Source: Octopus sinensis (lineage: Eukaryota). Taken from it: a stretch of DNA of 64,000 nt. The first letter of the stretch is position 1. Each line of letters opens with the position of its first letter. Shown here in pieces: positions 53,661-64,000 of the stretch. The position numbers and the translations under genes were made by a program. A model generated the notes under the pieces. That model did no database searches. It saw nothing but the letters and a program-made list of their open reading frames with translations, and was not told the DNA's origin. The stretch spans positions 50,778,001 through 50,842,000 of the forward strand of contig NC_043003.1 in NCBI RefSeq assembly GCF_006345805.1, read 5' to 3'.

Positions 53661-54432
53661 TTTTATGCTAAGAGCAAAATATGCACTGGAAGGAGAGTCC
53701 TACATATAACAATGATCAACGTTTATAAAGATTTCTACGTGAGCGTCTTCAACTATATATCCCCGGAAGTCTTAAATATATATATACTATTACATCATAT
53801 ATTAGATATAGTTAGATTTTGAAGCTCCAAAATATTCTGTAAGTGAACGAGAATGAGATTGAAGTGTAACCTGAGGGTAAATTTGGAGAAATAGGAGCTG
53901 CTTTGTTAATTACTTCTAAAAAAATTATAGAAACAAATTTAAGAATGTACTTTTGTAACAATTTTTTTCTTGGCTATTAGCCAGCACTTAGTTAGCCATC
54001 TATATTGATACGTTGCTTCTATTTTATACACTTCATATTTCTCTTATTTTACCCAGATTTGAGAGAGCAATTAATCCTGTGCGCGCACACACACACACAA
54101 CTTAGGTGACTTAGATAACTTAGATAGTTCAGATAAGTTTCGGCTCAAGCAACGAATAACATAATAGTACCACTTGCAAATGTACCACATAATGATGTTA
54201 CATATTATAGTAAATCTGTCATGTCGTCTGTATTTTTTTGTTCGGGTTGGCCCCCGGATGCTTCAATTTTTATAATATTTCCTTTTGTATAGGAAGACCA
54301 AAGCGAACAAGTGTTCAAGATGAGGACGAGTGAAGTTGGAGAATAGTAGGATAATGGTAGAAGCGTCTTTAGACCGGAAAGTTCTGATGTTTCAGAGCAC
54401 TTCAGCTTCAGTTGAAGCCGACAGTTATGCAC

Positions 54433-54514
<82 letters not shown>

Positions 54515-54599
54515 TGACACATCTGTCTCTGTGTGCGTATAAATATATATATACATACCCGTATCATTATCGAACCGAGAGTTTAACAGCGGTCCTTCC

Positions 54600-56630
54600 A
54601 TAGCACTTACATAGCGTTACCTGCCACCTTGGGTCTTCTGGATACCAATACCTCTCATACAGAACCCTCGACTCTGCCGCTTTTCCCAGCGTAACATATT
54701 ATGTCTACAGCATAATTGTCCATTTACCCATCTCCCGAGGACTCGTCTCACAAATAAAAATATAATCGGGTCTCCCAACCAATACAAAACCCAAACCTTA
54801 AACATTTCCAGTTCTCCAAACAGAAGTCTCTTTTAGCCATAATGAATTGGCAAAAGAGCTTGATAAACATTCTAGCCATCACACAAGGCCACACACCCCT
54901 ACCACCACCCGATCGCACAAACTCTCATTGCTGCCATTAACAAGCAAATCACCAAAACAGTCAAAAGCAATCACCACTATCGCCTCAACATTTTTGCGCA
55001 GTGCACAAGGCATCAACCCTTCCACTAATGCCCCAAAATGGAAGATGCAATTTATTGAGGACTGGGATAATGACCATCGACACCATGTCCCGTTTTTCTT
55101 CCTCACAGAGACCCATCTCAGTAGCTTCCACTTGGAAGCTGAGGTGAGAGTCAAGAACTTTACAGCCATCCATGCTGATCGTGTCGGCAGAAGAAAGGAT
55201 GGGACCGCCATTTTCGTGCACAATTCGTTTTCGGCTGAAGCAATGGACGTATTTACCAACAGCTACTGTAAAGCAGCTTCTGTGTTTAGTAAAACCAACA
55301 ATTTAATAGTAGTTGGGCTCTATAGGCTACCCCTGACTACTTTTCTGCGATTCAAGGAATGCTTCAACAGTATTGTTTCATCCATCAGTGTCATGCTGAC
55401 AATATATTAATGATGGGGGACTTCAAACTTCCCAGTGTTGATTGGTCCACAAGCAGCTTGAAACCAGGTTTTTCCACCTCAACCCCTGATAACGAAGCAA
55501 TCGAATTGATTTGTGATTTCATGGATGAGTTTTTCCTGACCCAACTTGCTTGTGAACTAACAAGGTGTCACAAAAACACCTTGGACTTAGTGTTCAGTAG
55601 CCACACTGACTCTATCCTCAATATTGCAGTGGAAAAACACCACTACTCTCAGACCATGACATGGTTCTCTGCGATCTGAGATTCTACCACCCAAAGGTCA
55701 AATCCAGTGACATCTCTCCATTTCTCCAGTCCATCCATTTGACACTATGGATCTTCATAGCGCAAACTGGGATGCGACCAATAATGATCTTTCACAAGTT
55801 GATTGGGTCTTCACGCATGCACACCCCACTCCAACATAAACACATCATGGCAAACATTTGTAGATACTGTGTCAAATATATGCACAAAACATAATCCATT
55901 AAGATCAATATACAAATCAAAGTGCAGAATCCCTAGAAATAGAAGAGCAATTATCAGAAAAATAAAAATAATAAACAAGAAAATCAACCAACTTAAATAC
56001 GGCCAGCAGCAAGACACCCGTTCGACTGCCATTGCATCACTCGAATCGAAAAACACGACCTCCAATAAGGCATGATGACCATCATTAACAGTCAAAGAGC
56101 AGCTGAGGAGAGTTGGGCCATTGAGAAAATAAAACTCAATCCCAAAATGTTCTTTTCATTTGCAAAAAAAAAAAACATAAAGACGCTGTTTCCACTGTTG
56201 GTCGTCTGGTTGACGAGAACAACACTCTACATGGTGATGCAAAATCCATGTGCGAGATACTGCAGAGACAATACTGCTCTGTCTTCAGTTATCCGAATGC
56301 AGTTGATCTGGCTAGTATCAGTGATGTAAACCCTCAGCTAACCATATCTGACGTAACGTTTGGTGTTCCTGATATCCTAACAGAAATAGATAAGATCAAG
56401 CACAACTCGGCAGTAGGTCCCGATAAGTTCCCGGCCACTGTCCTCAAGATGTGTCGACATCAAATTGCGCCCCTCTAGCTGATCTCTGGAGAAACTCACT
56501 TGATGCAAGCTACATTCTTGATCATTTTCTTTCGCAGTCCTTCGTTCCAGTCTTCAAAAAGGGAAACAAATCTCTTGCAGTGAACTACCATCTTATTTCA
56601 CTCACTTCTCATATCATTAAAGTATCTCGA
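54600..56630 (+). mobile_element. CR1-group LINE pseudogene: ORF1 tail, APE endonuclease and start of RT; frameshifted, 3'-truncated
   Basis: Motifs FLTETHL, GLYRLP, MGDFKLP, TLDLVFS, SDH (endonuclease); AVGPDKFP, PVFKKG..NYHLISLTS (RT domains 0-1); upstream LCRFS..C..HNCPFTHL Cys/His segment. Confidence 0.9.
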
Positions 56631-56664
56631 TTTCAAATCTTGCTAATAGGCCAGTAATTTCGGG

Positions 56665-56832
56665 CAACGGGCTAAGTCGGTTACATCGACCGTTATGCTC
56701 AACTGGTACTTATTTCATTGACCTCGAATGGATAAAATGCAAAGTCGACCTCAGTGGACTTTGAACGTGCAGACGGACGACATGCCACTACGCATTTTTT
56801 CCGGTGTGCTAATGATTCTGCCAGCTTGCTAC
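56665..56832 (-). mobile_element. SINE family A (degenerate)
   Basis: Matches the family A reverse complement; abuts the LINE truncation point. Confidence 0.75.
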
Positions 56833-56911
56833 CTAGTCTTTCTCTAATACTAAAATACCTTAAATCGAGCACGCGCACATTTTTGGTACTTTGTAATATT
56901 ATTGTAAATTA

Positions 56912-57315
56912 GGTGCAGGCGTGATGTGTGGTAAGTAGCTTGTTTCCCAACCACGTGCTTCCGGGTTCAGTTTCACTGCGTGGCACCTTGGACAAGTGCC
57001 TCCTACTATAGCCTCGGGCCGACCAGAGTCTTCTGATTGGATTTGGTAGACGGAAACTGAAAGAAGCCCGTCGTATATGTATATGTTTGTGTGGGGGTTT
57101 GTGTATGCGTGCGTGTGTGTGTGTGTTTGTCCCCCCCCCCGCCATCACTTGACAACCGATGTTGGTATATTTACGTCCCCGAAACTTAGCGTTCGGCAAA
57201 AGAGACCGATAGAATAAGTACTAGGCTTACAACGAAGAAGTCATGGGGTCGATTTGCTCGACTAAAGGCATTGCTCCTGCATGGCCACAGTTAACTGACT
57301 GAAATAAGTAAAAGA
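56912..57315 (+). mobile_element. SINE family B, full length
   Basis: Head, CORE-like motif, internal (TG)n, tail. Confidence 0.9.
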
Positions 57316-58224
57316 ATATAAGTATAAGTTTAACAATACATTTTGAAATTTATTCGCATACACTCATGCTGAGTTGCTTAAATTATATATAGTAGAAATT
57401 ATTTTATAAAGTATATCATATTACATTATAGTAGAAATTATATTAAATTGTATTTAATGGAAATGTTGTTTCAACACGGATTCTATGACGTGTGTAAAGG
57501 CAAATGGCATCTCTTTGTTTGATGTTAGCATGGCGTCAAAAGACCAAGTTCACGAATTAATCTGTTTCTGTTATTTACCAGGAATCGATTCTATTTTAAT
57601 TTCCATTTAAATTCAACGTAACGTGAATAGCCATCAAACAGAGAGATTTGAGAAGAAAATAAAAAATACATGGATTTATTAAAAACTTTGAACCGCAGTT
57701 ATTATTAATCTTATCATATTTAATATTCTTGACATCAGCTTGAAATTAGATACTTGCCAATATAACGTTTTTAGAAAACTTAATAAAACTGTTCTTATCC
57801 ACAAGAATTCGTTTCACCCACCAAGCTATTTCAAAAAAATATATCTTAAAATATCAGATAACAACCATCAAACATCTCTTACTAAAAAAACTTTATCCAA
57901 TAATAGAGCAGATTGTATACAGAAGTTTTTATCACGGAGTCTTCTTAAAGTTACAAATAAGTAGGCAAAAAACTACATTATCTTATAATTCCCATATAAT
58001 CATGAAATACCACTTCTTATTGCTAAAACTTTTATAAACGTTTTACACAAACACTTTCTCAAACATTACAAAAGCCGTATAATATTTGACAATAACAATA
58101 CTAAGTTAATTAACTACAGTACCACATATAATTTTCATGTATCTTTGTTTACTATTAGCCGTAAGAAATTTGCAGTTTCTTCTAATTTTAAATACATACA
58201 TGTATCTATCTGTCTGTCTATGTG

Positions 58225-58331
58225 TCATATATTATATTATATTATATTATATTATATTATATTATATTATATTATATTATATCATATCATATTATATTAT
58301 ATACACAGATACATATATATGCGTGTATATG

Positions 58332-58405
<74 letters not shown>

Positions 58406-58471
58406 CATGCATACATACATACATACATACATACATACATACATACATACATACATACATACATACATACA

Positions 58472-58505
<34 letters not shown>

Positions 58506-58530
58506 CGTAAGTACATAATACATATATATA
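58225..58530. repeat. (ATATT)n-(GATA)n-(CATA)n compound microsatellite
   Basis: Visible simple repeats. Confidence 0.95.
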
Positions 58531-60152
58531 CATAGAAACGTTATTGCACTGATGTCAGAATTTCGGTAAAATACACGTATAAATATAATTTTGTTACTCT
58601 TACTAAGTTTACCAAAAGATTAGCTGGACATCTTCCCAAACCCAGTTATATTTATAACTTGTAAATTTTGATTGACATTTACAATAAAAATAGTGAAGTT
58701 TGTATGGAAATTAAAACTTCTCAGTTATTCATCTATAAAACTGACGTTATTTTGGGATTAAATCAAACAATTATTGCTTTGTAAGTTTTAGATATTATTT
58801 ACTTCCTAAGCAGAGGCGAACTCAAGCTTTGCGAGTTCGAATCCACTGCATATATCTGGTGTTCCTCCTGCTGGTGAATCATTTTTCTTGGGTGCTCGGT
58901 TTACCCACTGGTCAAGAAAAGGGACTAGGACCTTTAAGTTATCTATCTCTGATAGGCGTACTTAACAAACAAACAGCAGACCAATTTCCCTCAAATTTCG
59001 CACTACTGACTATTGAAGGATATATGGGAGAATATAGCACTATCTATTCAATGCCTGACAGAGGAACTGAATAACTATGGATGGAATACCTATGTTCATT
59101 GGTCTACACAGTCAAGGCCGATCTGAAACAAAACAGCAATAATAACCTGCGTTAGACTACTCGCATATAAGTCAGCCGATTAAGAAATGATGTCCTATAG
59201 TTAAGCATCATTCAATGGACCCTAACTTTCATAAACAGATTAATTTTAAACTTTTCGATATATAATATATTTTTACTCGACACAAGACTTCAGATTTCCA
59301 ACTATGTATAATGCTACATTGAGTGGTTATATAATATTTCAGAATATTAATTATTAATGTCTTCAAAGGGCATTTAGAACCAGATGACAGATAGATTTAG
59401 CAGCCTGTTTTTAAGTCTCGTTTTGCAAATCTTACAGTCGCCATTAAAACTCAAAACAGACTAGGAACATACAAACAGTACAAAAGGGAAGAAAAACAGA
59501 AAGAAGTGACGTTCGTGCATTCTTAATAGAATTAGTGACATTAACGAATGCCATCCAAACGAAAGCTGAAACTGGATCGTCATTTTAGGTCGTCGATGAC
59601 ATATCATTATGCTCTTCTATGTTAGTATAGATTGGAAGATTCAGTGGAGTCCGTCAAAGCGAAACCAACATCGAAGGCTGGTGTAGTAGAATAACATAGA
59701 ATTTCACGCATATGAAATGGTATTAATTGGAAGTAAGCAGTTTCAAAATGTGTGAATTTACATTTATCTACGGTTGTGAACGATTTAAAGAAACTGCTCA
59801 CGATTTTGGAATTATTTCAAAGAAATAGGAGGTGAATTTTATTTTAGAGATGATATTTATCTATTATAGGTTTACTTTTTATTCCGATGTTCACTTACTG
59901 ACTTCAAAAGTTTAGAAGTTGGATCATATGTAGATTAAGCCTTGTGGTTCTTGAATGTAAAGTATGGGTTTTGTAGAACTAAAATTTCTACACTTACCTG
60001 TAAGCCTAGTGTAGCTGCTACCTTTATGACTTTCGCATTAACGTTATTTAATGCTTTAAAGTGCTTTTCTATATGTTGATAATAGTGTCAGAATTTAATC
60101 TGTGGCACATTTCTCTGTCAATGTCATGTATATACACACATACATACATACA

Positions 60153-60218
<66 letters not shown>

Positions 60219-60460
60219 CATGTATATATATGTATATATGTATGTATAAATGTATGAATGTATGTATGTATGTATGTATGTATGTATGTATGCATGGATT
60301 CAGATTTCCAACGACTGAGGATTGGCATCACGTATTGAAACTTTAAGTACCACTGTTTTGACCCATACATGTAACTTCCAAAAATGTGCTGAGTTCCCTT
60401 CTTTCGTTTGTTCATTAACTCGTATACACAACACACACATATATATTTATATACATACAA

Positions 60461-60498
<38 letters not shown>

Positions 60499-60506
<8 letters not shown>

Positions 60507-61467
60507 GGAGACTGGACGCAATTTAAAGCCAAAAAGGAAAAGATTCAACGGCACTAAAAGTAACTAAGGGTGCAGGGCAGCACCAGCATTGCTAGAAACA
60601 AGAGTCAAAACTCTTTACCTGCGAAGAGAGAATTGTTCTATGTACTGACAAGGGAGATAACCTCCCCACAGCAAGCGAAGACAACAGATTGGCAGGCCAA
60701 TTCCACATGAAATTAATGCTCATCGTTGAAGCTACACCATTGCTAAAACTGAAATCCACTTGTCAGTATTTATAGAATTTACCATAAGAATCAATGGCTG
60801 ATTTCGCAAAATGGTAATGTGAAAATTATAAAGTAATTAAAGTGGCTAGTTACAAATTAAAACCAAACGGGAAAAATTCACTGTAACAAAAAGTAATCAG
60901 CCATTGATTCCTGTGGTAAATTCTATAAGTGGAATTCAGCGTCACCACCAGCAATGGAGTAGCATCACTGATGAGTATCAACTTCATGCGAAATTGGCAT
61001 GCCAATCTGATGCCCTCGCTTGCTGTGGAGAAGTTGTCTCCATTGTCAATACATAGAACCGTGCTTCGTTTCTGGTTAAAGAGTCTTTCACTCTTGTTTC
61101 TAGCAAATCTGGTGCTGTCCCGCACACTTACTTTTAGTGACGGTGATTTTTTTCCTTTTGGTTTTAAATTGTATCTAGCCACCTTAATTATTTTATAGTT
61201 TTCACATTATCATTTGGCTGAATCAACCATTGATTCCTGAGGTAAATTCTATAATTCAGCTTCACCACCAGCGATGGAGTAGCATTACCAATTAGTTTTA
61301 AATTCATGCGTAGCTGGCGTGTCAGTATGATACCCTCACTTGCTTTGGGGAGGTTCTCTCCCTTGTCAATACATAGAACCGTGCTTTGTTCGCGGCTAAA
61401 GAGACTTTGACTCGTGTTTCTAACAATGCTGGTGCTGCCCTGCAACCTTAGTAACTTTTAGTGTCGG
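60499..61467. mobile_element. 320-nt HHR-bearing repeat array (candidate non-LTR retrozyme): ~1.8 units plus strand, ~1.2 units minus strand, head to head
   Basis: Plus units repeat with period 320 (C3 at 60968 vs 61288); 60499-60893 is an inverted copy; both ends abut (TA)n. Confidence 0.8.
60962..61013 (+). ncRNA. Type I hammerhead ribozyme (predicted), cleavage triplet AUC
   Basis: GCATCA-CTGATGA-GTAT caacttc ATGC-GAAA-TTGGC at GCCAA-TC-TGATGC: 6-bp stem I, 4-bp stem II, 6-bp helix III, all core nucleotides canonical. Confidence 0.85.
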
Positions 61468-61521
61468 TATATATATATATATATAAACATACATACATAT
61501 GTGTGTATATATGTACTTATG

Positions 61522-61614
<93 letters not shown>

Positions 61615-63087
61615 GCATTTATGCACACAAGCATATAAATACATGTGTGTGTGTATGTGTGTGTGTGTGTAGACACTGGACTTCCATCTAAATCACAGGC
61701 TTCCGTATAATCTCAATCTACCAAATTTCACTCACAAGATATCACCATTCCGATGTTATAAAAAGAAGGCACTTGCCCTAATGTCGTACTGTAAGATCGA
61801 AACCGGAATCGCGTGGCTGTGAATGGAATCTGTTCATTACACTGTCATGTCTGCGTTTATATATGTACTAGACCCTTTCAGGTATTAAGTAAAAGAGATA
61901 TATAGAGACATGTTCCAGTTTCAGCTTTCAACTGGGTGACATTTCGCTTACACCACTATATTCTATGAGAAATGCATGAATGTCACAATTTCCCGTTTTG
62001 TTTCTCTTTTGAAGCCTTTGTATGGTTTATGTATAGATGAGTACTTGTACATATGCTTATATACGTACATAAATACAAACACACGCGCATACTCACAAAC
62101 CCGCTCGCCCACATACACACACACGTGTATACATGTGTGTGTGTGTGTCTGTCTGTCTGTCTGTCTGTGCGTGTGCAAAGATCCATCATAAAACTGCACA
62201 ACTATGTTTTTCCTGCCTCTCTGAAATAGCGTCTTTCCCAATTGAAAGCATAACAAACTATCCAAACTGCTTCCTGTACATTATCAGTAACTACATACAT
62301 ATAGAAGTGTGCACATGCATAAAACAGAAGCACATACACATAGATGCACTCCCACTTCCATACACATACACATTCATACACACATGCGCACAGACCCCCA
62401 TAAATCACGAATGTTAGGAATTAAAACGTGCTAAAAATAAAACACGAATAACGAGAAGCACAGTTTATGGCCAATATCTGATCCATATCATAGAAACCTC
62501 ACATCTACATGCCCAGCCTGTCACAAACACCGAAATACATCATTAACACTTTATAACGATATTGCTGCAGTTTGTTAGAACTGCGATTATTTCACAGGAT
62601 TCATAAAAAAAAACAAGAAAACTCAGAAATACACAAATAGACCAAAAGTGTTGCGGCACCAACAGAGGGTGCAAAGTTGAACCTTCCTTCTCGTGGTGTT
62701 ACAGTTAACATGGATTGTACCAATTGGGGCCAGGACTGCAGCAACACCAACCCTTCATTCTTGCTAGAATACGTATGCTGGAGAGATCATTAGCCATAAG
62801 TAATTCATAAATTGTTATAGGGGAAACACGTTGGGGTACATTGCTAAGCGAAAGCTTCTCGTGTATAACGCTAAATCCCGAGGCGAAGAGTCATTGTAAC
62901 ACATGACAGCTTCATCAACGTCAGCATCAATAGCAGCTCTAAGTTCACACTCTGTAGTGGATTGCAAACCTGCTTTAGCGAATCGTAGATGAATTCACCT
63001 AAATCATATTCACATACACTTTTACTCTTTCACTTGTTTCAGTCATTTGACTGTGGCCATGCTGGAGCACCGCCTTTTAATGTGTGA

Positions 63088-63206
63088 CGCTTACAGAACC
63101 TAGGTTTCCCAAACGGTCACCCATCTAAGTATAAACTAGTCTCGACGTTGCTTAACTTCGGTGATCGGACGAGAGCCGGTGCTTTCAACGAGATATGGCC
63201 ATAAGC
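63088..63206 (-). rRNA. 5S rRNA: 5S rRNA-derived copy, probably a pseudogene (retro-chimera)
   Basis: ~119 nt GCTTATGGCCATATCTCGTTGAAAGCACCGGCTCTCGTCCGATCACCGAAGTTAAGCAACGTCGAG..GATGGGTGACCG..TGGGAA..CTGTAAGC; terminal helix pairs; loop E AGTA changed to TATA; no oligo-T terminator. Confidence 0.9.
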
Positions 63207-63646
63207 AAAACGTAAAGACGGACGAATGTCTATTTCTTTACTATCCACAAGGGGCTACACACAGAGGAGACAAACAAGGACAGACAAACGGATTAAGTCG
63301 ATTATATCGACCCCAGTGCGTAACTGGTACTTAATTTATCGACCTCCAAAGGATGAAAGGTAAAGTCGACCTCGGCGGGATTTGAACTCAGAACGTAACG
63401 GCAGACGAAATAACTATTTCTTTACTACCCACAAGGGGCTAAACACAGAGAGGACAAACAAGGACAGACAAACGGATTAAGTCGATTATATCGATCCCAG
63501 AACGTAACTGGTACTTATTTAATTGACCCCGAAAGGATGAAAGGCAAAGTCGACCTCAGCAGAATTTGAACTCGGAACGTAACGGCAGACGAAATACCGT
63601 TAAGCATTTCGCCCGGCGCGCTAAAGTTTCCGCCAGCTCGCCGCCT
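63207..63646 (-). mobile_element. SINE family A multimer (one head, 2 bodies plus start of a third)
   Basis: Junctions at ~63407 and ~63222. Confidence 0.9.
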
Positions 63647-63671
63647 AGTAACATTTTTTTTTATTCTGACC

Positions 63672-63829
63672 ACAGGAGTGGCTGTGTGGTAAGTAGCTTG
63701 CTTACCAACCACATAGTTCCGGGTTCAGTCCCACTGCGTGGCATCTTGGGCAAGTGTCTTCTACTATAGCCTCGGGCCGACCAAAGCCTTGTGAGTGGAT
63801 TTGATAGACGGAAACTGAAAGAACCCGTC

Positions 63830-63872
<43 letters not shown>

Positions 63873-63980
63873 TGTATGTCTGTATTTGTCCCCCCAACGT
63901 CGCTTGACAACCGATGCTGGTGTGTTTACGTCCCTGTAACTTAGCGGTTCAGCAAGAGTGACCGATAGAATAAGTACTAT
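63672..63980 (+). mobile_element. SINE family B with internal (TA)n, tail truncated
   Basis: aggagtggctgtgtggtaagtagc..ggttcagtccc..cttgggcaagtgtcttct. Confidence 0.9.
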
Positions 63981-64000
63981 GTGTACTTCCATGCGTATAT

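Noticed and set aside
54270-54432. Acceptor-like site before a purine-rich stretch
   Set aside because: Stops in all three frames; no donor.
56255-56290. Minus-strand CTGAAGA plus stem within the LINE
   Set aside because: No GAAA or cleavage triplet.
59540-59700. ETNIEGWCSR resembling the MULE transposase TNN.VEGW motif
   Set aside because: Too short and broken to support.
60850-61445. Paralogous ORFs 60850-61182 and 61188-61445 (STVLCID..NQWLI)
   Set aside because: Similarity follows from the DNA repeat. Both strands are largely open, the third copy is frameshifted, I recognise no domain, and RNA structure explains the unit better.
62640-63000. Moderately GC-rich, coding-looking segment
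   Set aside because: Frames interrupted on both strands; no family recognised.

Overview
AT-rich eukaryotic intergenic/intronic DNA, very dense in microsatellites and SINEs. The repeat families look like those of an octopus or other coleoid cephalopod (inference from recalled repeat sequences, not a search). I find no supportable host protein-coding gene; almost all tracked ORFs are microsatellite read-throughs or repeat fragments. The content is several tRNA-headed SINE families (informal labels A-E, often multimeric), decayed autonomous elements (mariner; CR1-group, RTE, R4/Dong and HERO-like LINEs), a long-TIR foldback element and a 5S rRNA-derived copy fused between SINE parts. The standout signal is a set of unrelated repeat families carrying type I hammerhead ribozyme (HHR) folds. 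Two have complete canonical cores: 1787-1861 and 60962-61013. The second lies in a 320-nt tandem/inverted unit resembling a non-LTR retrozyme. A minimal Penelope-type HHR sits in the tail of a tRNA-headed element (20073-20118), and several degenerate HHR-like motifs also occur. All folds were derived by hand; activity and novelty are untested. Repeat boundaries are approximate (about +/-10-20 nt) unless fixed by a TSD.
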